From: an uncultured delta proteobacterium
GTDB lineage: Bacteria > Desulfobacterota > Binatia > Binatales > Binataceae
Assembly (NCBI GenBank): GCA_963724765.1
Contig: CAVRVY010000004.1
Coordinates: forward strand, 832,001 to 896,000
Length of the DNA stretch: 64,000 bases
Direction: 5' to 3'
Shown here: positions 1-10,504 of the stretch, piece by piece
How the letters are laid out: every line of letters starts with the position of its first letter
Numbering within the stretch: position 1 is the stretch's first letter
The notes under the pieces: generated by a model
The model's database searches: none
Told to the model about the DNA's origin: nothing
The model's input: the letters and a program-made list of their open reading frames with translations, nothing else
Position numbers and translations under genes: made by a program

Positions 1-1
1 C

Positions 2-130
2 GACGCGGCCCGCGTTATTCATCTGTTGGGGCTGGTGTTTATCGCGATGTTCGTCGTCACCCACATCGTGCTGGTGCTGCTGCATCCGCGGGAGCTGGCG
101 GCAATGGTCACCGGAGGCAGGCGTGCCTAA
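2..130 (+). CDS. cytochrome b subunit, 3' end only (partner of the downstream molybdopterin oxidoreductase)
   Basis: Frame from position 2 reads DAARVIHLLGLVFIAMFVVTHIVLVLLHPRELAAMVTGGRRA*: a TM helix with two His and the ..MVTG end typical of di-haem cytochrome b; overlaps the next gene start. Confidence 0.75.
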   Translation, partial: DAARVIHLLGLVFIAMFVVTHIVLVLLHPRELAAMVTGGRRA

Positions 131-818
131 GATAATCACTCGGCGACAACTGCTCACGGGGTTCGCGGCGGCTGCGATGCTGGCCGGATGCGACACGCGC
201 CATCCAGTGGCAGGTTTTCTGAAAAGCATGGGGCGTTTCAACGAACGCTTCGAAAGTCTGCTCTTCTCGCCCTCGCGTCTCGCTCCCGAAGCGCCCGAGA
301 AAGACCTGACGCCCGAGCGTGCGTTTCCGAGTTACTTCATCGCGGACACGATGCCGTTTCCGCCTGCCGGATGGTCGCTCAAGGTGGGCGGGATGGTTGC
401 GCGCCCAGGCGTGTTCACGCTCGAGCAGCTAAAGGCAATGCCCCGCACCGACATGCGCGTGCGCCACCATTGCGTGGAGGGCTGGTCGGCGGTTGCGGCC
501 TGGCACGGTCTGCGGCTAAGCGAACTTGCGCGCATGGTCGGCGTCGATCCGCGCGTGCGCTACGTCGAGTTCCGCTCGTTCGACGAAAACTACTGGTCGT
601 CGTGGGATCTTGGCAGCGCGCTTCATCCGCAGACCCTGCTCGCATATGGGATGAACGGGCACAATTTGCATCCCAACCACGGCGCGCCGCTGAGGGTCTA
701 TTCCGCGATTAAACTCGGCTACAAAAGCGTCAAGTATCTGACCGAAGTCAATTTTCTACCCACTCCCACCGGGGGCTATTGGGAAAACCAGGGCTACGAA
801 TGGTTCGCTGGAGTGTGA
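123..818 (+). CDS. molybdopterin-dependent oxidoreductase, sulfite oxidase/MsrP-like, with Tat signal
   Basis: TRRQLL twin-arginine motif, HHCVEGWS Mo-ligating Cys motif, HGAPLR and KLGYKSVKY motifs. Confidence 0.9.
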   Translation: MPKIITRRQLLTGFAAAAMLAGCDTRHPVAGFLKSMGRFNERFESLLFSPSRLAPEAPEKDLTPERAFPSYFIADTMPFPPAGWSLKVGGMVARPGVFTLEQLKAMPRTDMRVRHHCVEGWSAVAAWHGLRLSELARMVGVDPRVRYVEFRSFDENYWSSWDLGSALHPQTLLAYGMNGHNLHPNHGAPLRVYSAIKLGYKSVKYLTEVNFLPTPTGGYWENQGYEWFAGV

Positions 819-837
819 TCGCGAAGAGGGGGAATAC

Positions 838-2031
<1,194 letters not shown>

Positions 2032-2856
2032 TTACACGGTTGCGATGAATTCCTCGATGGTGCGCGCGACCGCCGCCGGCTGCTCGAGGATCACGTGATG
2101 ATGCGCGCCGGCGATCGTCACTAGCGAGGCGATCGGATTGGAAGCGACGGCGCGCGCCGCTCCTTCGGCGGTCATGATGCGGCTGTGCTCGGCGCGTATC
2201 AGCTGCAGCGGGTCGCGAATTTGCGCGATTGCGGCGAGCACGTCGATTCCATCGCTGCCGAGGAAGCTGTCGCGGTCGAACTTCATCGTCCAGCGGCCCT
2301 CGGAAGTTTGCCCGAGGCTCTTTTCAGCGATCGCCCTGAGCGTCGCAGGAGCGATCTCCCCCTCCTTGGGCATCAGGCGAAAGCGCGCAAGCGCGGTTTC
2401 GAGATCAGGATAATTGATGACCGGTAAGCCCTTGAGCCGGCGCAGGTAATGGTTGCGCCGATCGTTGGACGTGACCGCGGCGTCGATCGCGACGATCGCG
2501 CGCGCGAGGCCCGGATACTCGGCTGCGAAAGTCAGCGCGCTAATCCCGCCCATGCTGTGTCCGACCACGAACGGCCGTGGCGGCGCGCATTCCGCGATGA
2601 AACGCGCGAGGTCGTGGGCGTACTCCAGCGGGCCATACGCCGGCGGACGCACCCATTCGCTGTCGCCGTGGCCGCGCTGGTCGAGCGCGAGGAGGCGGAA
2701 GTCCGCCGCACGCATCACGTCGGCGAGCGGCTGCCACCACCAGGCGTTGGCCGAATTGCCGTGGAGCAGCACGATCGTACGCGCCGCGCCGGAATTCCAT
2801 TCCAGGTAGTGCAAGCGCGGCGCGGAGCCGGTGAAGCGGCTCAAGGGTTCGCTCAT
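2032..2856 (-). CDS. alpha/beta fold hydrolase
   Basis: LLHG, DQRGHGDS, GHSMGG nucleophile elbow, GAHHHV catalytic His region. Confidence 0.9.
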   Translation of the reverse strand: MSEPLSRFTGSAPRLHYLEWNSGAARTIVLLHGNSANAWWWQPLADVMRAADFRLLALDQRGHGDSEWVRPPAYGPLEYAHDLARFIAECAPPRPFVVGHSMGGISALTFAAEYPGLARAIVAIDAAVTSNDRRNHYLRRLKGLPVINYPDLETALARFRLMPKEGEIAPATLRAIAEKSLGQTSEGRWTMKFDRDSFLGSDGIDVLAAIAQIRDPLQLIRAEHSRIMTAEGAARAVASNPIASLVTIAGAHHHVILEQPAAVARTIEEFIATV

Positions 2857-2891
2857 CCGTTAATCCTTTGCGAATATGACAGCGACGTCAC

Positions 2892-3728
2892 CTACGCAGC
2901 CCCGTCCACGGCTTCGGCGAGAAACGGCGTCATCACGGCGACCAGTCCCGCGGGATTGTCGATCGGCACGTGATGGTTGGAGTTCTCGACCTGGACCATC
3001 CTTCCGTGTGCCATCCGCGCCGCCATCGCGCGCGCGAACGAGGCCGAGAGCACCGGGCTCAGCGCCGCCTTTATCAGCAGCGCCGGGCATCGGATGCGCT
3101 CGAGTTCGCCGTCGAGCTGGACCGGCTCGCGCCTTAGCGTGCGGCGATCCATCTTGTGCACCCATTTGCCGTCGGCGCGTTGACGAAAGCTAAGTTCCGC
3201 CACGTGGCCGAGAGCCTCGGGCGAGGCCAGTGTGTCGCCAGGCAACAGGCGGAACGAGGCGACCGCGTCGGGAAGGGAGTCGTATACCGAGGCGGGGCGA
3301 TCGGCGATTGCCGCCAGCGTTGCGACCGCGTGCTTCGGATAGGCTGGTATCGAGTCGATCGCGATCATCGCGCGCAGCCGCTCGCTGTGCCCGACCGCAT
3401 AGACCATCACGCTATGGCCGCCCATCGAGTGGCCCACCAGCACCGGTGCGCCCAGGCCCCATCCGTCGATCACGGCCTCGAGGTCGGCGGCGTAGTGGCG
3501 CGAGCCATAGGCCCACTGCGCTGTCCACGGACTGTCTCCGTGACCGCGCTGGTCGAGCGCCATCACGTGAAAGCGGCTGGTCAGCGAGGGCGCGACGAAA
3601 TCCCACCATCGCGCGTGCGCCGCGCCGCCATGCACCAGCAGCATCGGCGGCCTGCCCTCGCCTCCATAATCGACACAGCTAAGCTCGATGCCGTCGCCCT
3701 TGAATTTTATGACTTTTGGACGCTCCAT
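2892..3728 (-). CDS. alpha/beta fold hydrolase (paralog of adjacent gene)
   Basis: LVHGG, DQRGHGDS, GHSMGG, SNHHV. Confidence 0.9.
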   Translation of the reverse strand: MERPKVIKFKGDGIELSCVDYGGEGRPPMLLVHGGAAHARWWDFVAPSLTSRFHVMALDQRGHGDSPWTAQWAYGSRHYAADLEAVIDGWGLGAPVLVGHSMGGHSVMVYAVGHSERLRAMIAIDSIPAYPKHAVATLAAIADRPASVYDSLPDAVASFRLLPGDTLASPEALGHVAELSFRQRADGKWVHKMDRRTLRREPVQLDGELERIRCPALLIKAALSPVLSASFARAMAARMAHGRMVQVENSNHHVPIDNPAGLVAVMTPFLAEAVDGAA

Positions 3729-3854
3729 ACCGAAATGTCGGACCTTTTCCTAATCTGCTTACACCGCGCGAGGCTGTCTGGCGCGGGGTCCGCGGCTTTG
3801 CAACACGCAAGTCCGCGTGCCACGATTCTATCAGCGGCAGGTAAGACGAACTCA

Positions 3855-4412
3855 ATGCGGATCGGGGCGAAACTGGCCTTGCTGGGCCTTGCGGGGATGC
3901 TCGCGATGGGTGCGCCGGCGCTTGCGCGCGCCGACGAAGCCAACGCAGCCAAGGCGCGTTCATTGGTCGATGCGGCCATCAACATGACCGACAGCCAGCA
4001 GGCGGTAAAACTGCTGTGGCAGGCGAGCGATATCGACCCGACGCTGGAGGACCCGTACGTCTATCTCGGCCTGTACTACAACTCGCGATCGCAGTTCGAC
4101 CAGGTCGTCTCGGTCTACAAGAAGCTGATCAAGTACGAGCCCAACTCGCTCAGCGCCTACCTCAATATCGGCGAGGCGTACATGTCGTTCACGCCGCCCA
4201 AGGCGGCCGACGCGCTTCCCTACTACCAGAAGGCTTACCAGATCGATTCGACCTCGGCCTTCGCGGCGCTCAGACTCGGCGAGGTTTACGCGCAGATGGG
4301 TAATCGCGAGCAGGCGGCGCACTATCTCAATCAAGCCGCGGCCGACAACGCCAAGAACCCGGCCGTGGCGGCCGAGGCGCGCAAAGTATTGGGCGACATG
4401 GGCGCGATGTAG
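3855..4412 (+). CDS. secreted tetratricopeptide repeat protein
   Basis: Start re-called at MRIGAKLALL (signal peptide ending ARA); TPR motifs PYVYLG, AYLNIGEAY, AALRLGEVY. Confidence 0.85.
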   Translation: MRIGAKLALLGLAGMLAMGAPALARADEANAAKARSLVDAAINMTDSQQAVKLLWQASDIDPTLEDPYVYLGLYYNSRSQFDQVVSVYKKLIKYEPNSLSAYLNIGEAYMSFTPPKAADALPYYQKAYQIDSTSAFAALRLGEVYAQMGNREQAAHYLNQAAADNAKNPAVAAEARKVLGDMGAM

Positions 4413-4431
4413 CTGCGGCGCGGACGGGGGA

Positions 4432-4878
4432 CTACGGAGGGGGGCCGCCGCCGTCGTGAGGCCCGCCCTCAGGAGGAGGTCCACCCTGCGGAGGTCCGCC
4501 TCCGCCGCCATGCATGCCGGGACCGCCGTCGCGGTCGCGCTCGGGGGGCGGCCTGAATTCGCGATCGAATTTCTCCTGCTGCTCGGGCGTCAGCAGGGCG
4601 CGAACCCGTGTGCGCGCCTGAGTCATCGTTTCGTGGCGCTGATGCTGGAACTCCTCGCGCAGGTTCGTCACCTTGGCGCGCGTTTCCTTTACGATCTGGA
4701 GGAGTTGATCGCGCTGCGTAGGCGTCAGATTCAGCTCATGCTGCATCCGCTCGATGAATGATTCGTGCGGAATCCCCAGCCATCGGTAGCGATAAGCAAA
4801 ACTGCTCGCGGCGAACCCGATTGCCAGGCCCGCGATTGCAATCGCCACGAACAGCCAGCCTCTGCTCTTATCCGGCAA
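4432..4878 (-). CDS. periplasmic Spy/CpxP/ZraP-like helical protein
   Basis: N-terminal TM, LNLTPTQ and LLTPEQ (LTxxQ) motifs, Gly/Pro-rich tail. Confidence 0.75.
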   Translation of the reverse strand: MPDKSRGWLFVAIAIAGLAIGFAASSFAYRYRWLGIPHESFIERMQHELNLTPTQRDQLLQIVKETRAKVTNLREEFQHQRHETMTQARTRVRALLTPEQQEKFDREFRPPPERDRDGGPGMHGGGGGPPQGGPPPEGGPHDGGGPPP

Positions 4879-5473
4879 GGTCGTTGCTCACCGCGGGTAT
4901 CGGGGGTATCTGCTCCCCAAGGAAATCCGTGTCCGGCTGCACGGCCGTTTCGGAAATCGAATCCGAATTGCTCAGGACGTCGTCGAAAGACTGGGACGGT
5001 GCGGCTACCGAGAAGTAGGCGAGCAGCACGGCCGCCGCCACCGCCGAAAATCCCGCCGCGACGTCGCGCCATTGACGCGAGGGACGGCGATCGGCGAGCC
5101 GGTAGACCGAAGAAGCGCGCCGCAGGATTTCAGCCGCACGGTGAGCGTCGGCGCGCCGCAATCCATTCATGTCTATGGGCACATCGATCGAGGTTTTTTG
5201 CGAAGTTCTTTGCGAAGTTGTTTGTGAAGCGCCTTGTGGAACGTCTGGGGCAACTTGCGGCGCAGTATGCGGCGTCGCGCTGATTCCAGTCTCGGCCGCC
5301 ACCGCTGCACCCTTGGCATGAAGCATCGGCGCGGTCAGCGCAAAGGCACGAAATGCGCGGTCACACTTGGAGCATCCTTTGAGATGAGCGAGCAACTCCA
5401 GACGGCGTTCGCCGTCGAGCGCGCCACACCAAAAGCCCACGAAATCCTGACGTGTTTCAAAGCAATTCATCAT
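4868..5473 (-). CDS. zinc-finger (zf-HC2) anti-sigma factor
   Basis: HLKGCSKC HxxxCxxC motif, single TM near the C-terminus, directly downstream of the ECF sigma. Confidence 0.85.
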   Translation of the reverse strand: MMNCFETRQDFVGFWCGALDGERRLELLAHLKGCSKCDRAFRAFALTAPMLHAKGAAVAAETGISATPHTAPQVAPDVPQGASQTTSQRTSQKTSIDVPIDMNGLRRADAHRAAEILRRASSVYRLADRRPSRQWRDVAAGFSAVAAAVLLAYFSVAAPSQSFDDVLSNSDSISETAVQPDTDFLGEQIPPIPAVSNDLAG

Positions 5474-6108
5474 TCACTCTCCGGCTTGCGCGGCCGTACC
5501 AGGCGCGCCGCCTGACGGCGCAACGCCTGCCGCGCCCGAAAGGCGCGGATTTTAACCTTCGCTTCGCTCCAGCCGACGATGTCGGCAATTTCGCTGACGC
5601 TCATTTCTTCTCCGTTTTGCAGCGTCAGTACCAACCTGTCCTCGGGCCGCAGCGTTGCCAGCAACTTGTCCGCCAACGTCTTGGCTTCGCGCCGTTCCTC
5701 GGCCGCCTCGACCAACTCCTCGGGCGTGGCCGTATTAACCAGGCCCAGCCAGTTCGCCTCGGCCACACTGAAGTCGGCCACCAGTTCCTCGGGGCGACGC
5801 CGGCGCCGGCGCAATTCGTCATAGCACAGGTTGGTGGCAATGGCTCGTAACCAGGCACCGAACGGAATTTCCGCGCGATAGCCTTTCAAGCCACCATAGG
5901 CGTGGATGAAGGTTTCCTGGGCCAGGTCGCGGACCTGCTCGGCGTCGGAAAAAAAGCGCTGGCAAATGCGCTCGACGCGTGGGCGATGGCGTGTGGCCAG
6001 CTCTGCGAAGGCCGCAGACTCGCCCTTCAGCGCCCCCGCTACCAGGTCCTGGTCCGATGGCTCCGACACGCTACGCGCGAAACGCTTGAATGCAAGGATG
6101 CCACGCAT
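5470..6108 (-). CDS. ECF sigma-70 family sigma factor
   Basis: Region 2 DLAQETF..FGAWLRAIATNLC; region 4 MSVSEIADIVGWSEAKVKIRAFRAR. Confidence 0.92.
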   Translation of the reverse strand: MRGILAFKRFARSVSEPSDQDLVAGALKGESAAFAELATRHRPRVERICQRFFSDAEQVRDLAQETFIHAYGGLKGYRAEIPFGAWLRAIATNLCYDELRRRRRRPEELVADFSVAEANWLGLVNTATPEELVEAAEERREAKTLADKLLATLRPEDRLVLTLQNGEEMSVSEIADIVGWSEAKVKIRAFRARQALRRQAARLVRPRKPESE

Positions 6109-6209
6109 ACCTGATAGAAAGTACGACGGCTCCGGTCCATGGTTACACCGAAAATGCCCGGTTTCCGGCCAGATTCGCCCTCATCATCGAACGCTACGCC
6201 TGCCGGGCG

Positions 6210-6872
6210 CTACCCCCGCCGGGGTGGCCGGTCCAGACCGGCACGGTCCAGGTCCTCGGGGGTATCGAGGTCAGTCAACACACCGGGGTCGTCAACGTCG
6301 ATGTAGGCGACGCGATCCGGGTCTGCGGCCACGACCACCCGGGCCCCCTGGTCTTCGGGCGCGGCTGCAAGCTCGCCAAACAGCTCACGCGCAAACAGCA
6401 CGGGATGGCCGCGGCGACCACGGTACCGCGCGATCGCTATCGGCCTGCCCACGCGCCGATAGCCGTCGATAACCGCGGCGAAAGTCTCTGCACGGACCAT
6501 CGGATGGTCCGCCAGGTGAATCAGCGCGCCCGCCGCGTCGAGACCGACGTGAGGGACCGCCACCTTGATCGAGGAAAGCTGGCCGCGAAGATAGTCGGGA
6601 TTTTCGACCACCGCGATTCGCGGATCGGAGGGCATTGCGCTTCGCACCGCGTCGCCATGCGCGCCGACCACCACGATCAGCCGCGCGACGCTTTGCAGCA
6701 TCGCGGCCGCGAGTATTTCGATGAAGGTGCGCGACCCCAGCTTGAGCAACGGCTTGGGATAGCCCATCCGGCGCGACTCGCCCGCCGCCAGCAGGATCGC
6801 CTCGAACCGCGCACTGGCGGCGGACACTGCGTTTCCGCCTTGACCTGCCGCCACCACTGGATCGCTCCGCAC
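6210..6872 (-). CDS. MocA/YgfJ-like molybdenum cofactor nucleotidyltransferase (start may be ~6828)
   Basis: ILLAAGESRRMG.PK.LL, GQLSS, ADHP, GHPVLF, DLDTPED; next to xdhC. Confidence 0.85.
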   Translation of the reverse strand: MRSDPVVAAGQGGNAVSAASARFEAILLAAGESRRMGYPKPLLKLGSRTFIEILAAAMLQSVARLIVVVGAHGDAVRSAMPSDPRIAVVENPDYLRGQLSSIKVAVPHVGLDAAGALIHLADHPMVRAETFAAVIDGYRRVGRPIAIARYRGRRGHPVLFARELFGELAAAPEDQGARVVVAADPDRVAYIDVDDPGVLTDLDTPEDLDRAGLDRPPRRG

Positions 6873-6880
6873 CGGCGCTC

Positions 6881-8071
6881 CTAACCCGAGTGCCGCAACT
6901 GGCCGAGCTTGACCCCGAGGTTGAACGGATCGCGGACGCCCGTGCGACGTTCGCGAATGATCTCAGCGATTATCGAGACGGCAATCTCGGCGGGCGTTTC
7001 GGCGCCTAAATCGGCGCCGAGCGGCGCGTGGACCTCGTCCAGCTCGGAGACGGGAACGCCGTCTTCGGCGATGCGCTCGAGCGTCGCGCGCACGCGGCGT
7101 CGCGAACCGATCATCCCGATGAAGGCGCTGTTGCGCCGCCTAAGCGCGGTGCGCAGAACCTCTTCGTCGAAAGCGTGGCCGCGGGTGACCGAGAGCAGGT
7201 AGCAATGGCGATCGAACTCCAGCGCTTCGATCGCAGCGGCGAACGGCCGCACGATTATCTGATCGGCGGTGGGAAAGCGCTCGCGGTTGGCGAAGGCCGC
7301 GCGATCATCGATCACCGTGACGTGGAAACCCAGCATCGAGCCGAGTTGCGCGAGCGGCTGCGCGATATGACCGGCGCCTACGATTATCAGCCGCTGCGCG
7401 CCAGTGATGGGATCGAGAAAGACCCGCGGCGCGCCGCTCGGTTCGATGCGCGTGGCCGGCCGCACCGCGCCGTCGGCGCCGACCTCGAACAGCGCCGGCA
7501 CCGCATCCGCGGTACGCTCTCCAAGCTGCTGCGCCGCCGCGGCGCCCAGGCCCGCGAAACCGTCGATCGGCGTCGCGCGCCGCGATATATCGACCACCGT
7601 ACGCTCGCCGACCTTCGCCAGGGGTACAGTCCCTTGCGAGCGCTCCGAGGCCGAACTGCCCGGATCCACCACCGTGAGCAGCGCGGCAGGCCGATTGCTG
7701 TCGGCCGCCTCGGCCAGGCGGCGGGCGATCTCGAGGTCCGCGCGCGGCCGCCAGAGGTCGATGAAAACGTCCATGATGCCGCCGCAGGTGCCGATCTGTT
7801 GCTGGTCGAAATCGCCCGTGAGGTCGACTTCGGCCAGCCGGGCCTCGCCCCCATCTTCAAGTAATACTCGAGCTTTGCGGAAGACCTCGGCCTCGCCGCA
7901 GCCGCCGCCGATAGTGCCGAACTGGCCGTCGTCGCGCACGATCATCTTGGCCCCGACCTCGCGGGGCGTCGAGCCGCGCACGTTAACCACCGTGGCCAGC
8001 GCGAATGGTTTGTCGCGCTCCAGCGTTCGTACCGCTTCGGCCCAAATTTCTTCCGGTCCGATCATGCTCAA
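6881..8071 (-). CDS. XdhC/CoxI family molybdoenzyme maturation factor
   Basis: GSTPREVGAKM, GTIGGGC, CGG, GAGHIA, GMIGSRRR, AETPAEIAVSI. Confidence 0.92.
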   Translation of the reverse strand: MSMIGPEEIWAEAVRTLERDKPFALATVVNVRGSTPREVGAKMIVRDDGQFGTIGGGCGEAEVFRKARVLLEDGGEARLAEVDLTGDFDQQQIGTCGGIMDVFIDLWRPRADLEIARRLAEAADSNRPAALLTVVDPGSSASERSQGTVPLAKVGERTVVDISRRATPIDGFAGLGAAAAQQLGERTADAVPALFEVGADGAVRPATRIEPSGAPRVFLDPITGAQRLIIVGAGHIAQPLAQLGSMLGFHVTVIDDRAAFANRERFPTADQIIVRPFAAAIEALEFDRHCYLLSVTRGHAFDEEVLRTALRRRNSAFIGMIGSRRRVRATLERIAEDGVPVSELDEVHAPLGADLGAETPAEIAVSIIAEIIRERRTGVRDPFNLGVKLGQLRHSG

Positions 8072-8257
8072 CCTGCTCTCGACGATTCCGCGCCGATACG
8101 GCCTGCGCGCGGATCGCGCGCGTCCACTATGGTGTCACGCCACATCGGCACGCACGACTATTCCTGCTCTTATTGTGGATCGAAAGCCATCGCCGTTTCC
8201 ACCGGGCGAACGGGTTGGGTGGCGTGCGCCGGTTTACGGCAGTGCTTTGGAAGACGG

Positions 8258-8800
8258 CTAGTCGGTCGGCACGGGCGGCACCGGCGGCGCTTTTGGGCCG
8301 ATGCCAGGCTTGCGCGAAGTGGCGATGCGGCCGACTTTATCGATCCCGTAGCGCTCGAGCATCCGGTACAAGGTCGAGCGCGAGATCCCAAGCAGGCTCG
8401 CCGTGCGGCGGCGATTGCCCGCAGTCTCGCCCAACAGGCGAACAAGAGCTTGCTTGATGATCTGGTCGAGCGTGAGCGGCCACACATCTTTAGCCGGATC
8501 GTGTCCCGGATCTCGTAAGCCGATTACCGTGGATTTGGCCGATGCTTCGCCGGCCGCTCGGATGCTCGGCGCGTCCCGGATCGCAACAGCGCTCGCTTGT
8601 AAGGGATTTGGCGCGACATGTTCGATCGTGAGCCACTTGTCAGACTCATCTGACTCATCCCGACGCGGCGCGACTTGCGCCGGCGAAGACTCGGCGGTCG
8701 GAGCGCCCTCGCATGAAGATGAACCGGCTTGATTAGCGTTGGTTTTCGGACCGACAACGGCAAGCCCGTTGGAATCGGCGATGGCACTGTGCGGATTCAT
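8258..8800 (-). CDS. stand-alone Fis-type HTH (HTH_8) protein with low-complexity N-terminus
   Basis: LTLDQIIKQALVRLLGETAGNRRRTASLLGISRSTLYRMLERYGI is the NtrC/Fis C-terminal HTH; no AAA+ domain; start uncertain. Confidence 0.8.
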   Translation of the reverse strand: MNPHSAIADSNGLAVVGPKTNANQAGSSSCEGAPTAESSPAQVAPRRDESDESDKWLTIEHVAPNPLQASAVAIRDAPSIRAAGEASAKSTVIGLRDPGHDPAKDVWPLTLDQIIKQALVRLLGETAGNRRRTASLLGISRSTLYRMLERYGIDKVGRIATSRKPGIGPKAPPVPPVPTD

Positions 8801-8812
8801 GCCTTACAAGTG

Positions 8813-8828
8813 AGCAAGGGACGCGCCA
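8813..8828 (-). promoter_or_regulatory. sigma54 -24/-12 promoter upstream of the Fis-HTH gene
   Basis: Minus strand TGGCGC-GTCCC-TTGCT, exact GG-N10-GC spacing. Confidence 0.65.
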
Positions 8829-8866
8829 TCGCGCGGCTGTCTCATGGTGGCGACGGGGAGCGCGCG

Positions 8867-9319
8867 CTATTCGCCGAGCAGGCCGGCGAGCACCTGTGCG
8901 GCATGGTCGCGCGGATCGACTTTGTCGTAAACTCGTTCGATTCGACCGCCAGCGTCGATCAGGAAGCTGATGCGCTCGGGATACCTTGCCTTGAGGTTGT
9001 CGCAGGCGCCATAGGCCAGCGCGACCTCGTGCGTAGTATCGCTGAGTAGCTTGAAACCGAAGCTGTATTTGCGCGCGAACGCGGCATTGTCGGCGACGCT
9101 GTCGAAACTGACGCCGATCACTTCGATTGCGCTCTGGTCGAAATACTCCCGATGATCGCGCAATCCTCGCCCCTCGAGACTGCACCCGGGTGTGTCGGCC
9201 TCAGGAAAAAACCACAAGAAGATCCTGCGGCCGCGCAAGCTCGACAGGGCGAGCCGCTCGCCGTCATGGGACGGAAGGGTAAAATCCGGCGCCGGATCGC
9301 CAGCCTTCAGCATCGCCAT
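8867..9319 (-). CDS. bcp: peroxiredoxin, BCP/PrxQ family
   Basis: Start re-called at MAMLKAGDPAPDF; FFPEADTPGC peroxidatic motif, GVSFD, RISFLID. Confidence 0.88.
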   Translation of the reverse strand: MAMLKAGDPAPDFTLPSHDGERLALSSLRGRRIFLWFFPEADTPGCSLEGRGLRDHREYFDQSAIEVIGVSFDSVADNAAFARKYSFGFKLLSDTTHEVALAYGACDNLKARYPERISFLIDAGGRIERVYDKVDPRDHAAQVLAGLLGE

Positions 9320-9369
9320 CCCTCCCGGCTTCCTCGCGGCCTCGTCGGATCGCAGACACGCACCGGCGC

Positions 9370-9861
9370 TCAGTTGAGCGTCGCGCGTAGCCGGGCCAGG
9401 TAGGCCTCGCAGGTGGTTTCGCCCGGCTGAATTTCGAGCGCGCGCTCGAACTCGCGGATCGCTTGCTGCAGCATCCCCTTGGTCGCGTACAAGCGTCCCA
9501 GGTTCATGTAGGGAAAATGGCGCGGCTCGTAGCGCGGCGCCTGCTTGGCCTGCTCCAGCCACGGGATCGCCTCGTCGAGTTCGCCCTTGGCGATCAAGTA
9601 GGCGCCGATGTCGTTATAAGGATTACCGAAGCCGGGATCGACCTCGATGGCCTTCTTGCACTCGCCGATCGCGTCGTCGACACGGCCGAGAAAATTGTAA
9701 GCCCAGCCACGAAAGGTGTAGGCCTCGGCTGTCGGGCAGACTTCGATCGACTTCGTGTACAGAACGATCGCGCCGTCGAAGTCGCCGTGCATGTGATGCT
9801 CGACGCCCTCGTTCCACAGTTCGAGCGCGCGCTGTTTGAGAGCGGAATCTTCCATTCGCAT
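9370..9861 (-). CDS. tetratricopeptide repeat protein
   Basis: TAEAYTFRGWAY, FGNPYNDIGAYLI, PYMNLGRLY TPR units; start re-called at MRMEDS. Confidence 0.85.
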   Translation of the reverse strand: MRMEDSALKQRALELWNEGVEHHMHGDFDGAIVLYTKSIEVCPTAEAYTFRGWAYNFLGRVDDAIGECKKAIEVDPGFGNPYNDIGAYLIAKGELDEAIPWLEQAKQAPRYEPRHFPYMNLGRLYATKGMLQQAIREFERALEIQPGETTCEAYLARLRATLN

Positions 9862-9956
9862 CGCCGTCGTCGATCGCTTCCCAAGGCCTTGGTTATTGCC
9901 ACCCGCCGCGCGCGTCAAGAGGGCCCTCCCCTCGGACTCGGTGCGGCCAGCGCATC

Positions 9957-10430
9957 TCAGCGTATGCGCGCGTAAGCGACCGTATCGCCAACCCCGCCGG
10001 AGATTGAGAGGCTGCCAGAGGCGGGAGTGCATCTGACCGGATTCGCCGCGGTGGTGTCCGTGCACATCACTATGTTATCGGCGCCAGTGAAACAGGCGTC
10101 GCTGACCGAGGCCGTCCCGTCGCTAAGCGTCGCCCTGCCGCTACAAGGCGCCCCGGAAGACATCGCAAACCCACCCAGCGGCCCCCATGAACTCACCGTC
10201 GTTGGCGGCACCGGGGGTTGTGACGCTACCTGCAAACATCCGGATGCCATCAATCCCGCGATCGCCAGTCCAGCGATCATCAATATTGACAGTGCGCTGG
10301 AGAGCGCGCTTGCGAGCGCGGATATCCTGACCAGCGCAAACATCGGAACGATCCCACGCATCCGCTCCACCTCCTCAGCCTGGTTCATGAATAGCCAAGC
10401 GTTCGACTCCTCGTCCCCCGATGCCCTCAT
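9957..10430 (-). CDS. putative lipoprotein with small Cys-containing beta domain (true start probably later)
   Basis: Hydrophobic stretch ending MASGC (lipobox-like), four further Cys; downstream of tadC. Confidence 0.55.
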   Translation of the reverse strand: MRASGDEESNAWLFMNQAEEVERMRGIVPMFALVRISALASALSSALSILMIAGLAIAGLMASGCLQVASQPPVPPTTVSSWGPLGGFAMSSGAPCSGRATLSDGTASVSDACFTGADNIVMCTDTTAANPVRCTPASGSLSISGGVGDTVAYARIR

Positions 10431-10504
10431 TCTATCCGGCTGCGGCCATGATGTCGCGCCTGTTGAGGCGGGCGCGGAATACGGCAGAGATCAGAAAGCA
10501 GAGA

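Noticed and set aside
3806-3822. TGGCAC..TTGC sigma54-like motif on the minus strand
   Set aside because: GG-to-GC spacing is 11 nt, not the obligatory 10
6210-8071. xdhC-mocA as part of a selenium-dependent molybdenum hydroxylase system
   Set aside because: No yqeB, yqeC or selD nearby; the pair is common for ordinary xanthine oxidase-family maturation
8867-9319. BCP peroxiredoxin as a second selenoprotein
   Set aside because: The peroxidatic residue is encoded by TGC (Cys); no in-frame TGA
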